Shown here: positions 42,890 through 53,003 of the stretch, one piece after another
Layout of the letters: the number at the start of each line of letters is the position of its first letter
How positions within the stretch are numbered: the first letter of the stretch is position 1
DNA from: an uncultured Chloroflexia bacterium
GTDB lineage: Bacteria; Chloroflexota; Limnocylindria; Limnocylindrales; CSP1-4
Length of the DNA stretch: 64,000 nucleotides
Direction: 5' to 3'
Assembly: GCA_963827965.1 (NCBI GenBank)
Contig: CAWHCW010000002.1
Location: forward strand, 141,694-205,693
Position numbers and translations under genes: made by a program
The notes under the pieces: model-generated
Seen by the model: the letters and a program-made list of their open reading frames with translations, nothing else
Database searches by the model: none
Told to the model about the DNA's origin: nothing

Positions 42890-43875
42890 CTGCACGAACT
42901 GGAACCCGAAGCGGCCCTTGATGCAGAGGTGGCCCTCGGTGATCGAGGAGTCCAGCGGCGAGGTCACCTTCACCACGGAGTTGTCCTGGACGTGGAGGGT
43001 CAGGGTGCAGCCGACGCCGCAGTACGGGCAGATCGTGTCCGTCAGCGCCTGCGCCGCCTCGTTCCAGGTGCCGGCAGCCCGCATCTCGTGCTCGGAGCGG
43101 AACATCAGGGCGCCCGTCGGGCAGACCCCGATGCAGTTGCCGCAGTAGACGCAGGCCGACGCCGTGAGCGGGGCGTCGTACTCGGTGGAGATCCGGGCGT
43201 CGAAGCCGCGCCCCGCCACCGCGATCGCGAACGTGTTCTGGGCGTCCGTCGCCGCAGGCCTCCACGCACTTGTAGCAGAGGATGCAGCGCGAGTAGTCGC
43301 GGACGTAGAGGTCGTTGTCCACCTTGACCGGCTGGGCGACGGTCTCCGCGACGGCGCCCGTCGGCGGCTCGTGGTGCCCCGGCTCGCGGAGGTCACGCAT
43401 GACCGCGAGGGCGTGCTCTGCCCGAGGAGCGGGCGGCCCGAACCGGGCGGGGTCCGCCTCGTACTCGGCCATCATCTCGGCCGACGCCCGGCGCCAGCGA
43501 CAGGTCCACCGACGAGCCGAGCAGCTCCAGGACGAGCTTCCGGCTGTGGCGCACCCGCTCCGACCTGGTCTGCACCTCCATCCCGGCCTCCACCGGGCGC
43601 GAACAGGCCGGCACCAGCACCCGGCTCCCCGTCACCTCCACGACGCACACGCGGCAGACGTTGACCGGGGTGAGGCTCTCGAGGTAGCAGAGGGTCGGGA
43701 CGTCGATCCCCTCGGCCCGGCAGGCGTCGAGGATCGTCGAGCCGGCGGGGACGGCGACCGCCCGGCCGTCCAGGGTGACCTCGACGGCCGGCGGCGGGAC
43801 GACGGAGGGTGCGACCGGGATGGCGGTCGGCCGGGCCGGTGGCTCGTAGAAGATCCGCTCGATCTCGGCGCTCAC
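42890..43875 (-). CDS. Fe-S N-terminal module of NAD-dependent formate dehydrogenase alpha subunit (2Fe-2S, 4Fe-4S ferredoxin domains, Mo-enzyme FS0 cluster) ending at the FS0/Mo-domain boundary; 2 frameshifts
   Basis: GGGAGG RBS and GTG overlapping the nuoF-like stop. VEVTLDGRAVAVPAGSTILDACRAEGIDVPTLCYLESLTPVNVCRVCVVEV / YVRDYSRCILCYKCVEACGD / ASACVYCGNCIGVCPTGALM..TICPYCGVGCTLTLHVQDNSVVKVTSP..GHLCIKGRFGFQFVQ. After that there is no further FDH similarity. Confidence 0.75.
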
Positions 43876-45855
43876 GGCGGACCTCCCGCGGCGCCCGCCT
43901 CGGCTGCGCCCGTGGCCGGCCCGGCCGCCGGCGCGCACTGCCTGGCGCCCGCGGCCCGGAAGTCGACGAGCCCGGCGCGGAGCGCCGACTCGATCGCCGT
44001 CGAGGCCGTCTGGCCGAGGCCGCAGATGCTCGCGTCGCGCATCGCCCCTCCCAGGTCGGCAAGGAGCGCCAGCTCGTCGGCGAGCGTCCCCTTGGGCCGT
44101 CCGGCCGCGACCCGCGCCAGCAGCTCCTCCTGGCGCACGGTGCCGATCCGGCAGGGGACGCACTGCCCGCAGGACTCGTCGCGGAAGAAGGCGGCGATCC
44201 GGACGAGGGCGCGCGCCGAGGTCGGCGGTCTCGTCGAAGACCATGACGACGCCCGAGCCGAGGGTCGCGCCCGCGGCGCGCGTCGCCTCGAAGGTGAGCG
44301 GGAGATCGAGGGCCTCGGGGCCGACGAAGACGCCGGCCGCGCCGCCCAGCAGGACCGCCTTCAGCGCCCGCCCGCCGGCGACCCCTCCGGCCAGGGCAAG
44401 CAGCTCCCCGAGCGTCGCCCCGAAGGGGAGCTCGTAGACGCCGGGTCGCTCGACGGCGCCGGAGAGGCAGAAGAGCTTCGTGCCCGTGCTTCCCTCCGTG
44501 CCGATCGCCGCGAAGGCGGCGCCGCCGTCGGCGACGATCGCCGGCACGTTCACCAGCGTCTCGATGTTGTTGACGGCCGTCGGCTTGCCGAACAGGCCGA
44601 CCTCCACCGGGAACGGCGGCTTGTTGCGCGGCTCGCCGCGCCTCCCTTCGATCGAGTTGAAGAGGGCCGTCTCCTCCCCGCAGATGTAGGCGCCGGCTCC
44701 GCGCCGGACCTCGATGTCGAAGGAGAAGCCCGAGCCGAGGATGTCGTCGCCAAGGTAGCCCGCCGCCCGGGCGGTCGCGAGGGCGTGGGCCATGCGGAGG
44801 GCGGAGAGCGGGTACTCGGCCCGCAGGTAGAGGAAGCCGCGCGCGCTGCCGGTGGCGTAGCCCTCGATCGTCATCGCCTCGACGATCGCGTACGGATCCT
44901 CCTCCATGAGCACGCGGTCCTTGAAGGTCCCGGGCTCCGACTCGTCGGCGTTGCAGACGGTGTAGTGGGGAGCGGCTCCCTGGGCGGCGACGGCGGCCCA
45001 CTTGCGACCGGTGGGGAAGGCGGCACCGCCGCGGCCCAGGAGGCGGGAGGCCGAGATCTCCGCGATCACCCCGCCCGGTCCGATCGCGAAGGCCTGCCGA
45101 AGCCCCCGGTAGCCGCCGCTGGCAAGGTAGTCATCGAGGCTGCGCGGGTCGGTGACGCCGGCGCGGGCCAGGAGGCGGAGCCCGGGACCTCCCGCCTGGG
45201 GGATCGAACGGCGGACGTTCTCGAGGTGCGCCTCGTCGGGCGCGGTGACCCTCCGAGGCGGGACGAGCTGGCGCCCCGCGATCGAGCGCTCCAGCTCCTC
45301 GATCACGGACGCCGCGTCGACCGGGGCGACGGCGATCGTCTCGGGGACCAGGCCGGCGACCGTGAAGAGCGCCGTCGGCCCGCGCTCGCAGCGGCCGAGA
45401 CAGGGGGTCCGGAGCCAGGTCGCCTCGCCGCCCAGCGCCGGCTCACCGGCCGGCCCGAGGGCCCGTTCCAGGTCGGCGCAGACGTCCTCTGCCCCGTTGA
45501 GCCGGCAGGCCAGGTCCTCGCAGACGTGGGCCACGACGGGGGGCCGGGGGACCGTCGAGAACATCTGGTAGAAGGCGGCCACGCCGTAGGCCTCGGCGGG
45601 CGGGACGGTCAGGCGCCGGCAGGCGTACTCGAGCGCGGGCTGGCTGATCCAGCCGACGCGAGCCTGGATCGCGTGGAAGACCGGCAGCAGGAGGTGGCGC
45701 CGCTCGCGGGCCGCGTGGCCGCCGCGGGCGAACCGGTCGTCGGCCGGGACGTCGCGGTCGCCCCCCTCCCAGCGCGTGGTCGCCAGGCCCAGGACGCCGT
45801 CGACGGCGGCCCGCTCCTCGGCGGACGCGCGGGGGGCGAGCGTGACAAGGTCCAT
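43872..45855 (-). CDS. NuoE-NuoF-like fusion (FDH diaphorase, FdsG/FdsB-type: 2Fe-2S + FMN/NAD + 4Fe-4S); one frameshift near 44230
   Basis: AHVCEDLACRLNGAE..CLGRCERGP (NuoE-like). GRGGAAFPTGRKW..VCNADESEPGTFKDR..GAGAYICGEETALFNSIEG (NuoF). Then ESCGQCVPCRIGT-type region and ASICGLGQTA in a second frame. Confidence 0.85.
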
Positions 45856-45861
45856 CGGCGG

Positions 45862-45867
45862 AGTCTA
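45862..45867 (-). promoter_or_regulatory. Candidate -10 box TAGACT 6 nt upstream of the nuoEF-like ATG (leaderless start)
   Basis: Minus strand reads GCTTAGACTCCGCCGATGGAC. There is no SD. Confidence 0.4.
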
Positions 45868-46781
45868 AGCGCTCGAACTGCGTCGATCGACATGAAGCCG
45901 TCCGACCCGCGGTGGAGCGGGATGAAGCAGTACGGGTATGCCCGAGCATCCGGCAGGTCGCGATGCGCGTGCTCGACCTGGAACTCGAGGACCTTGCTGC
46001 TCGGCCGCGAGCAGCTGGTCCGGGCGCTGGCGGAGGTCGAGGAAGATGCCCGCGCATGCCGCGCAGGGTGTCCGACATGAAGTCGAACGGCGCCTCGATC
46101 AGGGCGCCAGCCAGGTCGACCGGCGGGACGCCGACCGCGGCGAGCGCCTGCGCCTGCGCGACCTGGCATCGCCGATCCACGTCACCTGCGGCGCCGGCGG
46201 CCTTGTGCATCGCCGCGAACGCCGCCTGGACCGGCGGGCCGTGAGGGCGGGCAGGTTGAAGGATGTTGTAGTAGCCGAACGAGGCTCATGCCCGAGCGGC
46301 GGCAGGTGCGCGAGGCCCTCGAGCTCGCTGAACGCGCGCGGCAGGTAGGTCCGGATCGCCCAGTCGGACGTGTCCTCGAGGAACGCCGTCGTAGTCCTCG
46401 GCCTTCATGAACTCGTGCTCGTCGAACTGGTAACGAGCTGTCGTCGCGGGAGCGACCAGCCCGGCCACTTGCGTCATCCGGTCGCCGAGCGCGGCGCTGG
46501 GCCGCGGGTCGTGCCACGGGCCCGAGGGACTCGTCGGGGCCGAAGCGCAGAGCGGCCGCCTCCACGCAGGCGGCGTCTGGAGCGCGGGGTCGCGGTACAG
46601 GTCGGCGTGGCTGACGCCGCCGAGCTCGGCCGCGAAGTAGCCGAGCCGGCATGCGAGATCGGGATGCGGTCCGGCTGCCCATCGCATAGGCGGTCCGGAT
46701 GCGGGTGGCGCGCTCGACGAGCAGCTGCCTCGGGCGTCTTGGCCAGGTCGGGATTGACCCAGGTCGGTACGTCCGTGTCAT
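45866..46781 (-). pseudogene. Uroporphyrinogen-decarboxylase-family (MtaA/MtvB-like) corrinoid methyltransferase, about 6 frameshifts and apparently lacking its C-terminal third
   Basis: MTRT..LLVERATRIRTAYAM / RLGYFAAELGGVSHADLYRDPAL / YQFDEHEFMKAEDYD / FSELEGLAHLPPLG / EAPFDFMSDTLRGMRG / YPYCFIPLHRGSDGFMS..QFERL. It then runs straight into the nuoEF promoter. Confidence 0.6.
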
Positions 46782-46782
46782 C

Positions 46783-47430
46783 TCAGCCTGCCTCCGTCCA
46801 GCCCTTGGCCAGGTTGACGGCGGCCATGGCGTCGAGCCCGAAGGCGTCGGCGCCGGCGAAGACGCGGACCTGCTCGTCGACGGTCGCCGCCGCCGATCAT
46901 GATCTTCACGCCGGTCGCGCAGCCCGGCGGCGTCGAGCGCCGCGACGGTGTCGCGCATCGCGTCGTACGAGAGGGTGAGGAAGCCCGACAGCGCGACGAC
47001 CGTCGGGCTGGTCGGCCCGGACCGTCGTCGACGAACGTCTCGACCGGGACGTCGACGCCGAGGTCGTGGACCTCGAAGCCGTTCACGTCGAGCATGAAGT
47101 GGACGATGTCCTTGCCGATGTCGTGGATGTCGCCCTGGACCGTGCCGAGGAGGACCTTGCCGAGCTTGGGCGCGTCGCCGTCGGCCGACAAGGTGCGGCT
47201 TCACGAGCGTCGCTGATCTGCGCGGAGCATCTCGCCCGCGAGGATCAGCTCCGGGACGAAGTACTCGCCGCGCCTCGAAGCGCTCGCCGACGATCGCCAT
47301 GGCCGGCCTTGCAGGCGTCGAGGATCTCGAGCGGCGACGTGCCGTCGTCGATGGCATCGGTCGCGAGCCGGATCAGGCGTCCTCGTCCTCCATCTCCGCG
47401 ATGGCGTCGACCAGGTGCGTCGTCGATCAT
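46783..47430 (-). CDS. Corrinoid (B12-binding) protein, MtaC/MtvC-like; at least 4 frameshifts
   Basis: GAGGAGGG RBS. LIRLATDAIDDGTSPLEILDACKAG / MAIVGERFEA / KVLLGTVQGDIHDIGKDIVHFMLDVNGFEVHDLGVDVP (DxHxxG) / PTVVALSGFLTLSYDAMRDTVAALDAAGLRD / NLAKGWTEAG. Confidence 0.75.
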
Positions 47431-47536
47431 GCCCTCCTCGGCGGTTCCTGCCCTGCTGGCCGACAGCGTGACGGGCAGCGGTCGGCGAGCATGCCGCTGG
47501 CGTCCTCCTGGGCGGCGCATGGCGGGCGGCCCGAGC

Positions 47537-48341
47537 TCAGCAGGCCGGCCCGGAACGCGCGGGTGTAGGCGAGGCAGTGGCGGTCGTTGCCGAGGAGGAG
47601 CTCGGTCGCGAGGAGCGTGGCGCGGAGCTCGCGGTCGAGCGGGATCGAGGATCGCGCGTGTCCAGGCCCGCCTCGACCGCGAGGGTCAGGTAGGTGCGGT
47701 TGACGAGGCTCCGGACCGGCAGCCCGAAGCGAGACGTTGGAGAGGCCCTGAGGTCAGGTGGACCTCGGGGAACTCGGCCCGGACCGCGCGCATCGTCGCG
47801 ATGGCGATGTTGGCGCTCTGGATGTTGGTGGAGATGGTCATCACGAGCGGGTCGACGTAGACCCTGTCGTCGGCGATGCCGGCGCGCGGGTCGCCTCGAC
47901 GAGGCGGCGGATGACCGCCATCCGCTCCTCGATGGTGGCCGGGATGCCGCTTGTCGTCCAGGGCGAGCGCGACGACCGCGGCACCGGCTGGCCGCGGCCT
48001 GCGGGAGGACGCCCTCGAGGCGGCGCCGGCTCGCCGGAGATCGAGTTGACGAGCGGCGTCCGTGCGTCACGGCCGGGAGCGCCGCCGCGAGGGCCTTGGG
48101 GTTGGCGGTGTCGATCGAGAGCGGCAGGTCGACGCACGCCCTGGACCGTCTCGACGAGCCAGACGAGGTCCGTCGGGCTCGCGCTCCGGGCTGGTCCCGG
48201 CGTTGACGTCGATCCAGGTGGCGCCGGCCGCGGCCTGGCGCGGTCGCGAGGTCCGCGATGAACGCCGCGTCGCGCGCGACGACGGCCGCGCCGACGCGTC
48301 TTGCGGGTGCCGTTGATCTTCTCGGCGATGATCTGGAACAT
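47537..48341 (-). CDS. Pterin-binding methyltetrahydrofolate:corrinoid methyltransferase (MeTr/AcsE/MtvA-like); at least 4 frameshifts
   Basis: GGAGGGAG RBS. MFQIIAEKINGTRK / GATWIDVNAGTSPE..LVWLVETVQGV / DLPLSIDTANPKALAAAL / IPATIEERMAVIRRLVEATRA / GLSNVSFGLPVRSLVNRTYLTLAVEAGLD. Confidence 0.75.
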
Positions 48342-48346
48342 GCCTG

Positions 48347-50236
48347 TCAGCTCCCTCCGCGGCGCGGCGGCGGGGGAAGAGCATCGATCGCGGCAAACCG
48401 GCGCTGGAAGCCGGGGTACGTGGTGAGCTCGAGGTACGCCGTCCGTGCGCGATCCGGCGGGCGCGGGCCGCTCGCGGAGCGACAGGAGCGCCGCCTGGGC
48501 GCCCGGCCCCGGCGGCGTTGCCGACCTGGACGTAGGCGTGCGCGCGGAAGCCGCGGCAGCAGCCCGATGTCGAGCGCGCTCTCGAGGTTGAGGATAGGTC
48601 CCGAAGGCGCCGGCGACGACCACCTCGTCGACCGTCTCCGGCGACGTCCCGGTCGCCTCGAGGAGGATCGCGATCCCGACCTCGATCGCGCCCTTGGCGA
48701 GCTGGATCTCGTTGACGTCGCCCTGGGTGATGGCGACTGTCGCGGCCGATGCCCGACGCCGAGCGCCGGCGCGAGGATGAACTCGAGGCCGCGTCGCCCC
48801 GTCGCGGACGCCCGGCGCCGCCGCGCTGGAGGCGGCCACGGTCGTCGATCCGCCCGGTCCGGTACAGCTCGGCGACGGCGTCGACGATCCCCGAGCCGCA
48901 GATCCCGACCGCGGGCGCGCCGCCGATCGTCCGGATCTCGGCGCCCGGTCGTCGTCGATCCGGACACGCCTCGATGGCGCCGGTCGCGGCGCGCATCCCG
49001 TCGCGGATGTGGGCGCCCTCGAACGCGGGACCGGAGGCGCACGAGGTCGAGGCGAGGTGGCCCAGGCCGGGCCGCCGCAGGACGATCTCCGTGTTCGTGC
49101 CGATGTCCACGCCGACCGTGACCGCGATCGACCCGGTCGAGGTCCGCGCCGAGGATCATCGCCACGTGGTCGGCGCCCGACGAAGCCGCCGATGTCAGGG
49201 GGGCACGTGGATCCGCGCGTCGGGGCGAGGGCGAGGCCGAGGTCGCGGGCCCGCGACGTCCATCGGGGCCGACGTCGGCGGCGACGAACGGCGCCCGGGC
49301 GAGCTGGCGCGTGGGCAGGCCGAGGAGCAGGTGGTGCATCGCCGTGTTGCCGACGATGCAGGCGTCGACGACCTGGTCGCGCGCCACGCCGGCGCTCGGC
49401 CGCACAGCGAGCCGACGAGCCCATCGAGGCGTGGTCGCGGACCACGCGGGCGAGCTCCGGCCCGCCGTCGTGGCGCGCCGCGTAGGCGAACGCCAGGCGG
49501 CTGATGACGTCCTCGCCGTAGCGCGATCTGGGGGTTCATCACCCTCGGCGCCGCGAGCTCCTCGCCGGTCTCGAGGTCGACGAGGTAGCCCGCGATCTTG
49601 GTCGTGCCGAGGTCGACGGCGAGGCCGACGGGCGGGCGACCCGGCGCAGCGACGCCGACCATGGTGCGGCCCCGGACGTAGGCAGTGAGCGTGCCAGCCG
49701 GTCCGGCGGGCGAGCGGCGTCAGCTGGCGGACCACCGCGGGCCCGGCCGTCGAGCGCGGCGCAGGCCGTGGGCGGATGTCGAGGGCGCGGCCGACCCGGT
49801 CGAAGTCGGAGCGCGGACGTCGAGCGAGGGTGGCGGCCGGCTCGATCTCGTACGGCGCGCACGGCTGCCTCGACGGCGACGGTGCGCGGCAGGCCCGTCG
49901 ACCTGGAGCCGCTGGTCCGGTGACGAGCGACGCCTTGGGGACGTGGACCTTGACGGGCTCCGTCGACGTGCGACCCGGCAGGCGAGCCGCTGCCCGGCGG
50001 CGATCTCGGTCTGTGCGAGAGGAACGGCGGTCGGCGGACTGCGGCGGGGACAGCGGTGCCGGTCCATCACGACGACCCGGCAGCGGCCGCAGGTCCCGTC
50101 GCCGCCGCAGATCGGACGCGAGCCCGATCGCCGGCGCGCCGCGCGGCGTCGAGCAGATCGACGTGCCGGCGGCGACGTCGACGCGCCGGCCGGCCGGCTC
50201 GAAGTCGACTTCGACAGCGCGATCCGGCTCAGCCAC
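48347..50236 (-). CDS. Reductive activator of corrinoid proteins (RACo-type: N-terminal 2Fe-2S ferredoxin + ASKHA ATPase); at least 8 frameshifts
   Basis: VEVDFEPAGRRVDVAAG / ICGGDGTCGRCRVVVMD / TTKIAGYLVDLETGEEL / VVDACIVGNTAMHHLLLGLP / DIGTNTEIVL..SCASGPAFEGAHIRDGMRA / ICGSGIVDAVAELYRTG / ITQGDVNEIQLAKGAIEVGI, spread over all three frames. Confidence 0.75.
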   Translation of the reverse strand: MAEPDRAVEVDFEPAGRRVDVAAGTSICSTPRGAPAIGLASDLRRRRDLRPLPGRRDGPAPLSPPQSADRRSSRTDRDRRRAAARLPGRTSTEPVKVHVPKASLVTGPAAPGRRACRAPSPSRQPCAPYEIEPAATLARRPRSDFDRVGRALDIRPRPAPRSTAGPAVVRQLTPLARRTGWHAHCLRPGPHHGRRRCAGSPARRPRRRPRHDQDRGLPRRPRDRRGARGAEGDEPPDRATARTSSAAWRSPTRRATTAGRSSPAWSATTPRWARRLAVRPSAGVARDQVVDACIVGNTAMHHLLLGLPTRQLARAPFVAADVGPDGRRGPATSASPSPRRADPRAPLTSAASSGADHVAMILGADLDRVDRGHGRRGHRHEHGDRPAAARPGPPRLDLVRLRSRVRGRPHPRRDARRDRRHRGVSGSTTTGRRDPDDRRRARGRDLRLGDRRRRRRAVPDRADRRPWPPPARRRRASATGRRGLEFILAPALGVGHRPRQSPSPRATSTRSSSPRARSRSGSRSSSRRPGRRRRRSTRWSSPAPSGPILNLESALDIGLLPRLPRARLRPGRQRRRGRAPRRRSCRSASGPRPPDRARTAYLELTTYPGFQRRFAAIDALPPPPRRGGS

Positions 50237-50259
50237 GGCCGAGCCCGGCAGCCGCGGCG

Positions 50260-50930
50260 GCGGCGCTGCGGTCGCAGCGAACTGCTCGTACGGCGATCGT
50301 CCCGCCGAGCTCCACGACGACGCACTCCTCGTCCCACGGGCCGAAGAGGAGCTTCTCGACGAGCGATCGGGCTTCCCTCGATCTCCTCGAACCGGAGGCC
50401 GAACCGCTCGGCGTTCGGCGCGCGTAGGCTCGGTAGCGCTCGATGCTCGTAGACGCCGGTGTCGATGAAGGCGACGCGGGTGTAGTTGCGGAGCATCAGC
50501 CTCACCATCCGGTCGGCCTTCGCCTCGCCGTAGCTGCGCGGCGAGCTCGCTGCTGCCTCGTCGAACGGGCTGTCCTCCGACCTCGATCCAGCCCTTGGTC
50601 AGGTAGTAGGTGCCGGGCTCGCGTCGGGCCTGGTCGTCGTACGCCGTCGCGCGAGCCGAGGAAGATCGCGATGCAGTCGTCCACCCGCGGGATCGACGAG
50701 CCGGCAGTGGTCGCCGGAGGCCCGACCACCGCGCGCGAGCAGAGCCCGTAGCCGAGCAGGATCGCGTCGAAGCCGGGCGAGGCGTCGATCGCCGTCCTGG
50801 AGCGCGGCCGTCAGCCCGCCCGGGATGGAGTGGAGCCCGAAGTCGAGGACCTCGCGCGCCATCTCCGGGCATGCGCGGGGCCATCTCCTCGATGAGGGCT
50901 CGCGGCTCTCGGCCCGCGGGAGCGGCCGGC
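50260..50930 (-). CDS. DUF1638-family protein (commonly linked to corrinoid methyltransferase systems); several frameshifts; 5' end merges with the fdhA reading frame
   Basis: EMAREVLDFGLHSIPGGLTAALQD / FDAILLGYGLC / IPRVDDCIAIFLGSR / PGTYYLTKGWIE / MVRLMLRNYTRVAFIDTGVYEH. Confidence 0.6.
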
Positions 50931-50939
50931 TGCGATGCG

Positions 50940-52857
50940 TCCGCCGCGTCCGCGGTCGCAGCCTCTCCACGCGGATCGCCGTGGCCTTGAACTCGGCCGT
51001 GCCGGACTTCGGGTCCGTGGCGTCGATCGTCAGGAGGTTCGTCGCCACGTCGTCCTGGAAGTGGAGGGTCATGAAGGCGAGGCCCGGGCGGAGGCCCTCG
51101 TCCACCCGCACGGGTGCCTCCACGGCCCCCCGGCGGGAGACGACGCGGACCCGCTCGCCTTCGGCCACGCGCAGGCGGGCGGCGTCCTCCGGCGAGAGGT
51201 CGATCGTCTCGCCGCGCCGGAGCGGGGACCGGTAGCCGGCCGTCTGGACGCCCGTGTTGTACGAGTCCAGGCGCCGGCCGGTGGTCAGGCGGATCGGGAA
51301 GTCGGCGTCGAGGCGGTCGACCGGCGGGTCGTGGTCGACCGGGACGAACGGCGCGCGGCTCCCCGGGACAGGGTCCTCCCAGAGCCGGGAGTGGAGGAAG
51401 AGCTCGCCCGGGTGCTGCTCGTCGTAGCAGGGCCACTGGAGCCCGCCCTCGGCCTCCAGGCGGGCGTAGCTCATGCCCGCGTGCACCGGGGAGAGGAGTC
51501 GGACCTCGTTCCAGACGGCCTCGGCGGAGGGCTCGCCCCAGGCGGCGCCGAGGCGCTGCGCCAGGTCGAAGATGATCGCCAGGTCGTCGCGCGCCTCGCC
51601 CGGCGGGCGCAGCGCCGCCCGGACGCGCTGGACGCGCCGCTCGGAGTTGGTGACGGTGCCCTCGGTCTCGGCCCACGCGGCGGCCGCGGGGAGGACGACG
51701 TCGGCGAGCTGGGCGGTCCTCGTCAGGAAGATGTCCTGGACGACGAGGTGCTCGAGGCGCGAGAGGGCTGCGATCGCCTTCGCCTGGTCGGCCTCGGACT
51801 GGACGGGGTTCTCGCCGATCACGTAGAGGGCGGTCAGCTCGCCCTGCTCCATGGCGTGGAACATCCCGGTCAGGTTCCAGCCGCGCTTCGGCGGGACGGA
51901 GACCCCCCACGCCGCGTCGAAGCGGGCCCGGAGCGGGTCGTTCTCCACGTGCTGGAAGCCCGGCAGGCGGTCGGGGAGGGCGCCCATGTCGCCGCCGCCC
52001 TGGACGTTGTTCTGGCCGCGCAGCGGGTTCAGGCCGCTCCCGTAGCGGCCCACGTGCCCGGTCAGCAGCGCCAGCGAGATCAGGGAGATGACGTTGTCGA
52101 CCGCGTTGTGGTGCTCGGTGATCCCCAGCGTCCAGCAGATCATCGCCCGCGGCGCCGTCGCGTAGGCGTGGGCAAGCTCGCGGATGAGCGGGCCCGGGAC
52201 GCCGGTCTCGCGCTCGGCGTACTCGAGGGTGTAGGAGTCGACGCGGGCCCGGTACTCGTCGAAGCCGGTCGTCGCGCGAGCGATGAACTCCCGGTCGTGC
52301 AGGCCGGCGGCGATGATCTCGCGCCCGACGGCGTTGGCCAGGGCGATGTCGCTGCCGACGTCGAGGCCCAGCCAGGCGTCGGCCCACTGGGCGGAGCTGG
52401 TCCGGCGCGGGTCGACGGCGTAGAGGCGGGCGCCGTTGTGGACTCCGCGCAGGACGTGGTGGAAGAAGATCGGGTGGGTCTCGCGCGCGTTCGAGCCCCA
52501 CAGGACGACGAGGTCCGTCTCCTCCACCTCGCGGTAGGAGCTGGTGCCGCCCCCGGCACCGAAGATGGTCGCCAGACCGGCGACCGACGGAGCGTGTCAG
52601 GTCCTGTTGCAGCTGTCGATGTTGTTGCTGCCGACGACCGCCCGGGCCAGCTTCTGGGCCGCGAAGTTGACCTCGTTGGTCGCCTTCGAGCAGGAGAAGC
52701 AGCCGTAGGTGGTGGGACCGTGGCGGTGGACGGCGTCGCGGATCCCCGCGGCGGCCCGGTCCAGGGCCTCGTCCCAGGTCGCCGGGCGGAGGACGCCGGT
52801 CGCGCGGTCGCCGTCGCGGACGAGCGGCTGGGTGAGCCGGACGTAGCCCTTCGCCAT
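50940..52857 (-). CDS. fdhA: Formate dehydrogenase catalytic molybdopterin subunit lacking the FS0 domain, selenocysteine-containing (UGA at 52597-52599); single uninterrupted frame; true stop unclear (next in-frame stop at 50599)
   Basis: GGAGGG 7 nt upstream of ATG 52855-52857. [117 protein letters not shown]. Confidence 0.85.
52567..52585 (-). promoter_or_regulatory. Bacterial SECIS hairpin 11 nt downstream of the fdhA UGA
   Basis: UGA-CACGCUCCGUC-GGUCGCC-GGUCU-GGCGACC. It has the same spacing and GGUCU apical loop as the E. coli fdhF SECIS as I recall it. Confidence 0.8.
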
Positions 52858-52907
52858 GCCTCTTCCCTCCACTGGGGGCCGGGTCACCGCACCCCTTCGT
52901 GCCGCGG

Positions 52908-52913
52908 AGTGTA
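52908..52913 (-). promoter_or_regulatory. Candidate -10 box TACACT about 50 nt upstream of the fdhA (Mo-subunit) ATG
   Basis: Minus strand reads GGGCTACACTCCGCGG..GGAGGGAAGAGGCATG. Confidence 0.25.
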
Positions 52914-53003
52914 GCCCGGGGACGCCCACCCGGCCAGATCGGAGCGCACCCGGTCCGTCCGGGGCGCAGGCCTCCGGGCGGCGCCCGGCGGGGTTCGACC
53001 CGG

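Noticed and set aside
40224-46080. Long plus-strand ORFs 40224-43148 (974 aa) and 43315-46080 (921 aa)
   Set aside because: These are GC-artefact translations (poly-Arg/Pro/Gly). The same DNA encodes the CPBP protease, Zn-ribbon protein, fdhD and the minus-strand FDH/nuoEF genes, all with clear motifs.
50599-50940. Extension of the fdhA ORF to the in-frame stop at 50599
   Set aside because: FDH similarity ends at ..[12 protein letters not shown] (about 50945). Beyond that the same frame happens to read DUF1638 segments, so the real fdhA stop is probably obscured by an indel.
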